Assembly: GCF_006345805.1 (NCBI RefSeq)
Contig: NC_042999.1
Coordinates: forward strand, 142,848,001 to 142,912,000
DNA from: Octopus sinensis
Taxonomy: Eukaryota
Direction: 5' to 3'
DNA length: 64,000 nucleotides
The number at the start of each line of letters is the position of its first letter. Position 1 is the first letter of the stretch. The notes below the pieces were generated by a model. It made no database searches. It saw nothing but the letters and a program-made list of their open reading frames with translations, and had not been told where the DNA came from. The translations under genes and the position numbers were made by a program. Below, piece by piece: positions 51,296 to 62,948 of the stretch.

Positions 51296-51648
51296 CTGCA
51301 GTAGAAAACCATTGTTATGAGTTTACTGAACAGGTTCTGGTGAGAAATAGCTTCAATTAAGTTGCTTTATGTATTCTAAGGAATATTTTTTTAAATGTGT
51401 AGCTACACACACAAAAGCACATGTGTGCATATCTCCACATACATATCAATAAGAAATGCAACACACACACACACACACCCATATAATTACTTTCACTACT
51501 CCCAGAGGCATGTAGACACATACATACACACAAACTATGCAATTAGAATCTCTTTCTCTCTCTCTCACACACACACACACACTCACTCAGACACAAACTA
51601 TGCAATTAGAATATCTCTTTCTCTCTCTCTCTCTCATGCACACACATG

Positions 51649-51686
<38 letters not shown>

Positions 51687-52508
51687 CACACAAATTTAAT
51701 GTTTGTCCTGACAATACAAAAACTGAATTGATAGCATTTTTTTTACATTGCTCACACTCAGTTCCTATGTTTACTCCACTTCCTACCTTTACAACCTTTA
51801 TCTTGTAAATATTCTCAATGCTATCCCTCATTTGACAATTTAATTTCCTCTCAGATGAAGTATCAGTTCCAAAACATCAGATTCTTCTTCTCTCCACTAC
51901 ATACCCATCTATCCAAACTCATGATTTCACAATAGAATTTTTGCTAATGCAGACTACCACTGGTTTTCATGGATTCTATTTTTAACAGACAACTGTTGTA
52001 CTGATGATGGTTATTGAGTCAGAAACATGAGTACATGACTGTCTTCTTATCTCCAGTCAATAAGCTGGTCATTTTCCTTAATGGAATGTCAATTTTGGAG
52101 TGTACATGAATTTGAGATTATCACCTTGAGGTCTTTAGTTTGTTTATGAGGTCCTGTTTAGCTCTTGAAATTATTACTAGTAATAGTCTCTATACTCTAA
52201 CTTACTTAAGGAAAAAGATAGGAGAATTTTTTTTTATATATATACATACTGACATAATCATCATTATAAGATTATCAGCTCAGCTTCATTGCTGAATTGT
52301 AGCTCTTGTACACATTTCAAGTAGCAAAATTGGTTAATTGCTTTTATTTAGTTATTCTTTTATCTTTTCAGCCTAATAGAATAAAACCAGTACTTCATTT
52401 CTTCCAGAACAGTAAAACTTACTGAGTTCCTCAAAGACTAAACAAATGAATATCTTAAGTTTCTAAGAAAGAATCAAAGAGAAATCTGAAAGAAGGTAAT
52501 TTGTTTAC

Positions 52509-52591
52509 CTATTCTGCAGCCCCATTCTTGAATCATCCAATTGAAAGTAGATTAAACCAATAACAACAGCAAATAAGATGGTAATCATTAT
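52509..52591 (-). CDS. ABCG2: ABCG2-like exon
   Basis: Translates IMITILFAVVIGLIYFQLDDSRMGLQN(R); phase 0 to phase 2. Confidence 0.92.
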
Positions 52592-52893
52592 CTAAAAAAT
52601 ATATATATATATATAAAACACAAACATTATTAATATAGCTTGATAGAAATATAATCAACAAACCATCCATCCATCTTCTCAATCCACTATTCCTGGGAGG
52701 ATCATGTAAGTCCTCAGGAACCACCTCCACAGGATCCTGTCAGAAGCAACCATCAATACACTTTACAGATGGATTCTCAACTGTGATCAACTGAGACTAT
52801 AATTAACAAGTGTCAAAATGCCTGAGTTGTTGTAAATACAATAACTTTACGATCTATTAACCATATCTTCAGAGTGTCTATCTATAATAGTAA

Positions 52894-53100
52894 TACGAGG
52901 GAGTGCTGAGAAGTTCCTGGCTTTAGGTAAAAGAAAATACAGGAACATCAATTAATTATGATTTCATTAAACATATTCCCCTCTCAGTTTCACACACTTA
53001 TTACAGCAATCCTTCAGTTTTTCTATGCCCTGTAAAAGAACTTAGAAGGGGCTGGGCCTTTTTTGTGATACCCTTAAAATCAGGAAATTTACAGCATCTC
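52894..53100. mobile_element. mariner-type TIR fragment / MITE
   Basis: tacgagggagtgctgagaagttcctggcttt resembles a mariner TIR following TA. Confidence 0.5.
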
Positions 53101-53779
53101 CTCATATCTATACAATTTCTAATGATTTGATCTTTTTCTTTGATAGGTACATAGTCCCTGTCTACATATAAACTGGAAACCTTTATTTCTAAATTAAATG
53201 AAGTAACATTCTTATCCACTAAGCCACTGACATGAGTACTTAGTCTAGGACTGGACTGTATACACATCAAGGCACAAGACATCTGATGACAATCAACATT
53301 TAGTGTAGATATAAAAGAAAAGGAAACAAATGATTGGCACTTTGTGACTGACTCATAAATACATTTCAACTTCTAACCACAGACGCTCTGTTTTATATTT
53401 AAAAATGTTTTTCACTTTTACTACAATGGCTTCTATCCTTAGCACTAGCTGGTGGCATTGAACCTATATCCTGTCCAGCCTGACACAGTAATCTCACCTG
53501 CTCCTGGTGTTCACCTTTAGTCTTCCCTGCCAATCCAAGCACTAACCCCTTAGCCCAATTTTTCCAGTCCAGAATGTTAACCCTCAAGAAATTCCTCACT
53601 TCACTAGAATGAGGCCATGACCCCAGGACTTATTTTCTTTAAAGCCTGGTACTTCTTCTATCAGTCTCTCTCTTTTTTTTTTACCAAACTTCCAAGTTAT
53701 AAGGATGTAAACACACCAACACCAGTTGTGAAGTGGTGGTAGAGGACAAACACAGACACAAAAACACAGTACTGACGTG

Positions 53780-54950
53780 TGACCTCATTGGTTTCTTCAT
53801 CCTAGATGTACTAAAAAAGAAGTTCCTTTCAACTAGTTTTGCCCTCTACAGGGATGAAGCACTGGCAATATCAAGAGGGACAAACAGCCACATTATTTGC
53901 ATTATTTACTGTGCACCAAATGTAAAAAAGATTTTTTAGTAGGTAGACCTACACCTGAGACAGAGGCAGGATGCTCATGTAGGGGTAACACATGTCCACT
54001 GAACAGTCACTGCAATATGGAGACCATTGTATACAAAGCAGAGGTAACAGCCATGGGACTAAATGGGCAACCAAACGTGTGAAAGTACATAGGAGTAACT
54101 GAAGGCCCCTTCAGAACCCACTATAACATCCACAAGTCCTCCTTCAACATCCCAGAGAGATGTAACATCACAACCCTAGCCAAGCACATTTGGTCTTCGA
54201 AAGAAAGTGCCACCAAGTGCAACATAAAGTGGAAGATTCTAGAGAAATGTAAACTGTACTTCAATAGCAGCAAGAAGTACAGGTTATGCCTGGCTGAGAA
54301 AAGAATGATTTTAAAGAGCACTCAACACCCAGGCACCTATCTGAATAGAAGCAAAAACTAATAAGGAGAGTACAGGAGGCGGTCAAAAAGGCCAGCTTCT
54401 ATATATGGCTGAAGCAGGAAAAAATGGCTTGAAAGTCATAACACGCCCGCGGGAAATAACATCATTAGGTGAGACAAGCTGACACTGAATCAGCTTCACT
54501 GACTGACAGGTGACAGTCGTTTAGAGAATGTGTGGGTTAAAACTACATGCCTTCACTAGTCAGTCAAGGTGAGACAGTGTCATGTGGCAACTTGCCAGGG
54601 CTGCCTGCTGGAGCCTAGCGGCAGGTATTTAAAGGGAAAAATTTGACAAGTCAGTCAGTCACCGGCTGATACTCGCTGACGACACAACGAAGAGGCCAGG
54701 GAACAGAAGAAAGAAGACATGCACCCAACACCAGAGCTGAAGACACCTCCGAAAGGGGGGGCCCCGCCACGTCAAAACGGTAGAGGAGTAGGGGCCGAAA
54801 CCGGACATGGTTCCTCCTGATGATGTCTTGAGCTAACTGGATCCTATAAAGGAGCTGTTGTGGTAGCAGACCTCGAAACACAGTTGTAATATGGGGATGA
54901 TTTGAAGTTGTATGACCAATTATGTTGCTTATTTTTAACCACTAAGTTTA
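53780..54950 (+). mobile_element. Decayed Penelope-like element with C-terminal GIY-YIG endonuclease (resembles the Hydra clade)
   Basis: RT remnant ALYRDEALA (GLYRDDGLA-like), then CSCRGNTCPLNSHC...IVYKAEVT...*KYIGVTEGPFRTHYNIHKSSF...TTLAKHIW...IKWKILEK...RLCLAEK...YLNRS; non-coding tail ends in (TA)n. Confidence 0.8.
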
Positions 54951-55686
54951 TATATATATATCATCATCATCATTATCATCATATATCACCCGTTTTCCAT
55001 GCTGACATGGGTTAGAAGGCTTGACTGGAATTGGTAAGCCAGAGAGCTACACCAGATTCCAGTTTGAATTTGGCTTGGTTTCTATGGTTGGATGCCCTTC
55101 CTAATGTCAACAACTCCAAGAGTGCAGTGGGTGCCTTTTGAATGTTACTGGCATGAATGCTGTAATGTACCACCAGCACCAGTCACAACTATGATTTCAC
55201 TTGGTTTGACAAGTCTTTCCAAACACAGCAAATCAACAAAGGTTGTGATCACTTGTTGTCACTTTCGTGAGGCCCCACATTTGGAGATCATGCTTTTCCA
55301 CCTTGCCCCATGTCTTCCTCTTTCACAGTCACACACACACACTCTAAAAATTATACTTGAAGTCTGGAAAATTATAATCCTAAAACAAGATTCTAAATGT
55401 GATTATAGTAATAGGTAGCCAGTGAGTAACTGATTACGATCTTACTGAGCGATGTTAAGACAACTTTGGCCTTTTTAATGATTTTTAGAAACCTGATTTA
55501 TCTGGTGCAGATAATCATCAATCATAATGCCTCAGTCACATTCACCAGCAGACTTCTTAAGATTTGTATTGTGGAGAGTGACAGTAAATTCTGAGCTTTT
55601 TCTCCCAGAACGTACAATGATGCATTTGTCTACAGCTATCTTGAGCTACCAGTCAGCAACTGATTGCTGCATTTTGTCTATTTTGT

Positions 55687-55914
55687 TTAACCCTTTAGTA
55701 TTCACATAATTCTGTCAAAAGTAATGCTTATTTATTCTCATTGTTTTAAATCAATCTTGCATTATCTTGTAGCTTTCAGATTTTGATGAAGTAACTGTTA
55801 ATTTTTAGAATGGTATTGTAGGGTTGGTGTGAGAGGCCAGATCTGACCAGTTTAAGCATAAAACACATAGCATGTTCTGGCAGGACATGGCTGGTTTAAA
55901 TGTTACAGAGTTAA
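55687..55914. mobile_element. TTAA-flanked MITE (piggyBac-like ends)
   Basis: ttaacccttt ... agagttaa; an opposite-orientation copy lies at ~56883-57101, with partial copies at ~21652-21765 and ~23360-23469. Confidence 0.7.
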
Positions 55915-56277
55915 AGTATAATTGTTTCCAGGCTAAAGTTGCCATGACTCTAGTTATAGGAACTTATAGGAAGGTACACTAAAGGCCTGACTTCAGTAAA
56001 GTTTGAACTTGTAAGCTTAAATAGCAGTCTCCTATCCAAACTACACAAAAATTACATGCAGAAAAGATCATTAGCTCCATCAATAACAATATCAAAAAGC
56101 AATCCTCTATGCCAGCGATTCTCAACCATTCATTGTCTATAGACCCGTTACAAGCCAAAGGAAGCCTTTAAGTAGCTGCTAGAAGTTACTAGAAATAGCA
56201 GCCAAGTTTCCCTCAAATCACACTCATCCAGTTTAAAAAAAGGAAGGACTCATTGGATAATGTAGTCATCTGTCTGC

Positions 56278-57369
56278 AAATAAGTTGATATGGTCACAGC
56301 TGGAGCAACATTCAATTTTGTTCAGATTAATTTAGAGCAACCTGTAGTTAAACTACTTATTTAAACATCAAATAAATATTTTTTACTTGAGATCAAATGA
56401 AAATGTCTCATTATATTTAATTGGTTGTTAGTTCACCATTAAAGATGATGTCTTTATGCAGAGTCTCAGTGATAAGTCAGTCCAGAGTAACTGTGGTTGA
56501 AAATTGCAGACATGAGAAGTTCAGTGATATGGCCTCCAGCAAGAATTAAATCTGTATTACAGACTTAGCTTGTTAGTAGATTCAATGATAATTATTTGTT
56601 TTCTGGTTGATGAATTGCATTTAACCCTTTTGATATCGATCTTCCTAAGACTGCCTTTGTTTCTATAATACAAACTTCCTATTTTAACCCTTTTGTATTC
56701 AGATTTTTCTGTCAAATGTAAGACTTATTCATTCATATTGTTTTAAATTAATTATACATTATCTTGTAGCTTTGAAATTTTGATATGATTGTTTATTTTC
56801 AGAATGACATTATCTTGTAGCTTTGAAATTTTGATATGATTTTTGAATGAAATTTTGATGGTAGGTTTTAAATCAGATCACTTTAATCCTTTAGACTGTT
56901 TAAACTGGTCATATCCAGCCCAAATATTCTCCTTGTTTTATGCTCAACCCAGTCAAATCTGGCTTCTCACACCTACCCTACAATGTCATTCTGAAAATAA
57001 ACAATCATATCAAAGCTACAAGATAATGTATAATTAATTTAAAACAATATGAATGAATAAGTCTTACATTTGACAGAAAAATCTGAATACAAAAGGGTTA
57101 AAATAGGAAGTTTGTATTAAAGAAACAAAGGCAGTCTTAGGAAGATCGATATCAAAAGGGTTAAATGCAATTCATCACTGAGACTCTGCATAAAGACATC
57201 ATCTTTAATGGTGAACTAACAACCAATTAAATATAATGAGACATTTTCATTTGATCTCAAGTAAAAAATATTTATTTGATGTTTAAATAAGTAGTTTAAC
57301 TACAGGTTGCTCTAAATTAATCTGAACAAGATTGAATGTTGCTCCAGCTGTGACCATATCAACTTATTT
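56278..57369. repeat. ~1.1-kb fold-back inverted duplication in an ABCG2 intron
   Basis: ~56982-57369 is the reverse complement of 56278-56473 joined to 56608-56810, almost without mismatch. Confidence 0.93.
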
Positions 57370-57687
57370 CCTGTTCCAAAAGGCCAACTTAATAATGACA
57401 AAGGTATTCTACTAAATTATTCGTTATTTTCCAAATTTATTGACAGAAGGGCAGTTTTTTCAAAAAGAATATGGTTAACAAATAAGGTAATGATATCTGT
57501 AAATAATTGACATATTGTATTAATTTCAGAGGAGTGACATTTAAGTGCAATGATGTTCATGCCTTTCCCAAAGACATAATAATATAAATGAATTAAAGTT
57601 GTAACAATTGAAAACTAAAAGTAGATCAGTTACGAAAATCACAAGAACCTTCGATTCTATGATGGTTAGCTAATAGAAGATACTTAC

Positions 57688-57753
57688 GAGTAAACTTGAT
57701 GCTTCAGGATTACGCCACAAATTCTTCAAAGCCCGTATACTAACAATTTCCAA
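57688..57753 (-). CDS. ABCG2: ABCG2-like exon
   Basis: Translates LEIVSIRALKNLWRNPEASSLL (ABCG2 RSFKNLLGNPQAS); 66 nt. Confidence 0.9.
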
Positions 57754-58239
57754 CTGAAACAAACCCCCAGAGAGAAAGAAAAATAAATTTACATATAACC
57801 CTGTTGCTACCAAAGTACATTGAAATAAGCAGAATTATGTAATTTACCCAAGGCACAATACTACGGCTTAATTTAAATGTATGGTAATATGGTTAATGTT
57901 CTAGCAGCTAAACTACACATGGTGTTGGTTTTATCTCCCCAAACAGTAAGTGCGTCATCTGTGGTTAAAGTGAACAAATTTGACAACTACTTGGTGATGC
58001 GGTTGTTCTCTTTCAACAATTGCATCGATTGGACAACTTTCTGTGGATATCTCTACAGTAGTTAGAACTGGTAGTAAACATACTTACAGTGAAATAATTA
58101 TTGATTTAATATTTGATAATTGTGCTAATGTTGTCACTTCCACTGACTCAATTGGGTTGCCTGTGTACCACTAATGTAAAGCAAGCAAGTTTGAGACAGG
58201 TCAATTCATTGCTATTAGAATATGATTGATAGTATGATA

Positions 58240-60965
58240 CTAGCACTATAGCCCGACATTGCAAGGGATTAAATTAGGATTATTAAGTGATCAAGTGCTT
58301 TATTTCAAACCAAAATAAGTGACACCAACATCAAATCTGAGCAAAATCTGTTAAAATTGGTAAATGTTTGGCTGAAAATGAGTTGCAGGCAATTTGATTG
58401 GGAAATACCATAAGGAATCAGTTTATGGATTATTTTCACTCATCGATTGCTTTTTTTTTTTTTTTGAGAACTTAAAGTATTCAAAGATCCCATGAGTCCT
58501 AAGTAATGCTGGCATCAAGTTTGAGCAAAATATGTCAAAATTGGTAAAAGTTATGGTTGAAAATGGAGTGTAGCCAATTTTAATGGGAAATCCTATAAGG
58601 AATTGGTTTATCACTTTTTTTATCCTGATTGAATGGAAAACCCCAAATGAATGCCTGACACTAATAGTGTTTGGCCTTGGGATTTGTTGATGGACATGGC
58701 GAAGCATGGTCTGACCGGGAACTGCAATCTGCGGAAGTTAAACGGCATGTCTGACCCCAAGGAATAAAGCTGCATCCTTGAAATGAAAACATTTTCACCC
58801 CTCCTGCACCCCGTAACAATGGTGGCCTCAGTCAAGTGGGGCATCAGGGACTTGATTACTAAGTGGGTCCCGTTGCACTGTTTAGGCGGAAGCAAGTTTC
58901 TGATTAGCATAATTGGGCATCCAACCCTTAACCTAAGAATGTGAGGTGGAAGCCCTGCTGGCTCCAATGAGTTGAGAAACTCGATAGGGTAACTGACAAT
59001 GTCTTGGGGGTCAGAGGTGCAGTCAATTGATTTGTAGATGTGCTCCTCACCCGGAATTCAGCTTATGATCTGGTCGCTGATAGCACTGATAGCTACATTT
59101 TGGGCGGGGGGGGGGCAGGATGGTTCTTTCACTCACTGAGCAAATTGATGTCTGCATAATTACTTTCCAGATTGGGGAACACTGTTTTCAAAAGATCAGA
59201 AGGGTTGTCCACGGTGTTGCACAGTTCAGAAATGGATCTACCACCCCTATCATCCCTCAGGACCTTGCCTTCTCCTAGGGTTAAAATGTCTTCAGCAAAT
59301 ACTGCAGACATGCTATCACCAAGCAAGTGCACACGCATGCTTGTGCTTAGGCTTAAGGTCTCAACCTGGTGCTACAACATGGATGACTTAAGGTATGCAC
59401 GCACTTCATCAGCCCAGCTCCCTTTAGGGATGACAGGAAGGGTTTGCTGGAAATCTCCTGAAAGCAATAGAGTTACACTACCCATAGAAACTGTAGAATC
59501 CCTGATACCTTTCAGTGACCGGTCCAGTGCCTCAAGGGTACTCTTATTGGTCATTGTGCATATTCGTCCCATACAATGAGACAGCACTGTCTAAGAACTT
59601 CAGCTTCTTCTGAATTTTTGCTAATTTGCAAGTAGGGACCTCAGCCCTCACCAAATGTAAAGGCAGCTTGAATGCTGAGTGTGCCGTCCTACCTCTCAGC
59701 AATAACGTAGCAGTGATTCCCGAGGAAGCAACGGCTAGTGCAATTTGTTTCTTGCGACGAATCCTAGCAAGTATTGTGTTACAAAGGATTTGCTGGTACC
59801 TCTAGCAGCATCGAGGACAAAAATGCCACCCGCCTGTTTTTCAACGGCACTGATGATGACAGTTTCGTACACCAGCCTCTGATGAGGGAGCAATTTCGGT
59901 TCATTTACTCTTAAGTACACCACAAGGCCATCAGTGTCATACAACAGCTTCAAAAGTAACTTTGGTGGGAGTGTGTTAACATCCTGTCACAATGAGGATG
60001 GCAAACTGATGTGTTCAATGCTTCCCTACCCATTTTGAGCAAGGCATCCTCGATTTCAATCAGCACATTATTGTAGATCAGATCATTGTATCCAATGTCA
60101 GCACTGTTGCTTTTCCAGTCATCATTTGCCTTGACCACCGAAAAAGCAAAATTACGTACAGAGAATTTCATAAACAGAAATGAATGGAAAAATGGTTTTA
60201 GATTAAATTTTTAGATTAACACTTGCACGATTTTCACTAAGAGAAAAAAATCGGATTTTTTGCGTGGAGTCAACTGCCCTGGCCTCCTAATATGCTACAA
60301 AACCCTTTTTGTGGTTCGAAAATCTTCACCCACCCTCCATACACACACACTCATAAATCTTTTCCCCATCTATTTTTCAATGTACATGAAAAAATATGGA
60401 GATTAAGAATATGGAAAAAATTTGGTTTTCAATCTCAAATTTACCATGAAAAACCCCAGGCAAATTTTTAGATAACACTTGCATGATTTTCACTAATAAA
60501 CAAAAAATCAGATTTTTTATGTGGTATCAACTACCCTGACCTCCTAATATGTTACAAAACCCTTTTTGTGGTCTGAGAAATGGGGTGGGGTGTGGTGGAG
60601 CCTCAGAAATTTTACCCATTTATATTGTGTAATTCACTGACAAATTGTTACCTACCTCTTTGTTTCTATGTTGTTAAATAAATGGATTCTCAACAAAACA
60701 CTTTTTTACTCGGCATAAAATAAAAATAAAACTCTTTCGCACCCAAAGTATTGTGTGTGTGTGAGAGAGGGGGGAGAAAGATGAACGATTTAAAATAAAT
60801 AAATGATTTAAAATAAATATATTTTAATTGTTGTGTGAGAAAGTATACATAATCTGATTATAAAATATAGTGTCTTTCAAAAACATCCTAAATTTGAAGA
60901 CTATATCTTGTGTTTAAGAAAAAGAAAACATTTTACATTTTTATTTTTGGTGAATGCTGTCACTT

Positions 60966-61000
<35 letters not shown>

Positions 61001-61292
61001 TACGTCAACACACAACTTCTCTCTCTCCCTCATACACACACACATTTTCACTTGACTATGGCAAGAAGGGGACTTAACTCATGTTAGCAAACTTCTAAAT
61101 TGGTAAAAGTTAAGGCTGAAAATCGATTTTTACCACTACCCGCGAGTGCCTCGGAGAAAATAATTTGACGAAAATACAGCTAGGGTCATGACAAATGTCC
61201 TCCTAAAATTTGAGTAACATGCGTGCTAATTTGTGGACATGCATAAACTACATTCACGTACACACACACATCCTGCTTTTTATATATACAGA
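58240..61292 (-). mobile_element. Internally deleted Helitron carrying PIF1-helicase remnants
   Basis: A|TCTGTATATATAAAAAG 5' end; 3' hairpin followed by CTAG|T. Helicase motifs DAARGTSKSF, GDFQQTLPVI, LRVGCPIMLIRNL and RRLQFPVRPCFAMSINKSQGQTL in broken frames 58620-60170; internal direct repeat ~60205/~60462. Confidence 0.9.
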
Positions 61293-61453
61293 TATAACAA
61301 TTTAGCTATCATTCAACTAACACTCTTTGGGATTATGGATCCAGAAATTGTCTTGAAACATCATTGGTTGTGAAGGACCACAATATAGTTGCTGTTCACA
61401 GATAACAACTTGAAAGATGTAGGAAGAAATAATATAAAATAAATTTGAATTAC

Positions 61454-61562
61454 CTGTCTAAAAAATGACGCTCTGTAGGGCTCTCGTACATGTCTTTTAA
61501 GACTAGAAGTTTTACAGTATTCTTCAAATTCCTCCTCTATGATAGCAGTAGTTTCAGTCAAA
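61454..61562 (-). CDS. ABCG2: ABCG2-like exon (NBD-TMD linker); NBD exons lie beyond the window
   Basis: Translates LTETTAIIEEEFEEYCKTSSLKRHVREPYRASFFRQ (Y.TSFxxQ motif); ttcag| and |gtaatt boundaries. Confidence 0.85.
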
Positions 61563-61789
61563 CTGAAACAAAAAATATAAATGAACAGAGTAAAACACAC
61601 CAACTCCTCCTTCTAGTCAGAAGCTTCCATTAGAATATCTCAAAATTTTTGTCAGTTTGTTGTGTCTATGACCTTCCATAACCTCCTTTTCCAGAATGGT
61701 TTATTTCTCCGAGTCCTTCTAGCTCTAATTCTGAAGTCACTAACTAGTAACCTGTGTTGGATTGTACATTCTTCACCTGGGAAACACTA

Positions 61790-62400
61790 TGCATTTGCAA
61801 GCATAGGTCTATCTCGTTGCCTAGTGAAAATGTAATCAATCTGGCTTATGTGGTCACCAGACTGATAGGTGAACAGGTGGCTGGCTGGCTGGTTTCCTGA
61901 AGTTAGTGCTGAATATCATCACTCATTTGCATCGCAGAGTATCAACAGATTTGTTCCCTCCTCATTCCTAGAGTCAAAGCCATGACTTCCATACACACCA
62001 AGGAATCCACGGGAGTGCTACCCAACATATCTGTTGAAGTCACCAGCCACAATAACCAAGTCTTTGTCATTTCTCATTGAGGTAGTCTGCAACAAGACCA
62101 CATAAAAATTGGTCCTTCTGATCATGAACCATCCCAGACAGTGGAACATAGGCAGAGATAAATGTAATTGTTAACTTATCCAAGATTAGTCTCCACATAG
62201 CAACATTATTACATACTTTGACTATCTTAATTACCTTATCTACCGATTTTTCTGCCAAAAGTATTCCTACACCATCCAAGCTATTACTCCTGCCTATCCA
62301 GAAGAATTTGAACCTCTGTTTCTTACCCATGAGGAATCTAGGGGTGGCTCCCCTCCATCTTCTTACACATCACGCATGTCTACATGCTGTCATTCCAGCA
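61790..62400 (-). mobile_element. RTE-like LINE endonuclease remnant
   Basis: FKFFWIG...DGVGILLAEK...TFISAYVP and VAGDFN-like motifs. Confidence 0.7.
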
Positions 62401-62629
62401 TTTCAATAATCTGACCAGTCTTTCCTTTCATTGTGCCAAAATTGATGGTAGCAGCCCTGAAATTGTGGACTTGGGAGGAAGAGTGGGAAGACAATTGTCG
62501 TGGAACTTTTGCCAACACCTGAAAAGATGATTTGCGCAAACACTTGCCAGCTGGCAGAGAGAGACTTTTTGTACATAGTTAATTTACTCAATGAAATACA
62601 ATTTCCTCAATCCCGTTCATAATTTAAAG

Positions 62630-62948
62630 CAGTGTTTTTCAACCAGGGTCCATATAAGATTTTGGATGTCCACACAACAAAATAGTAAACTGGGAATCCA
62701 GAATAGTATTTTAAGGTCTCTGGCAAAAAATTTGCTTTAGATGTGTGTATTAGTGTGTATTGCAAGAAACAGCTAAGTTTATAACGTTTTTACATAGTTC
62801 AACCCACACAATGTGTGATAAACAAAATAGGAATTTTGAATGAAGTTTATATAAAAGTAGATTTCAAAGATAGAATGGTTATGGGAGTCCACCAGAATAA
62901 AATAATAATCAAAGGAATCCATAGATAGAAAATGGTTGAGAACCCCTA
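62630..62948. mobile_element. hAT-type MITE, same family as 43198-43515
   Basis: cagtgtttttcaacc...ggttgagaacccct ends, homologous interior, degenerate 8-bp TSD. Confidence 0.8.

Noticed and set aside
54080-54082. In-frame TGA inside the PLE GIY-YIG endonuclease frame, plus a downstream ATGA...AA...GA segment (54820-54876), as possible selenocysteine recoding
   Set aside because: The TGA is not at a conserved Cys position, the element is otherwise decayed, and selenoprotein PLEs are described for the N-terminal-EN Naiad type. The downstream motif is better explained as hammerhead-like.
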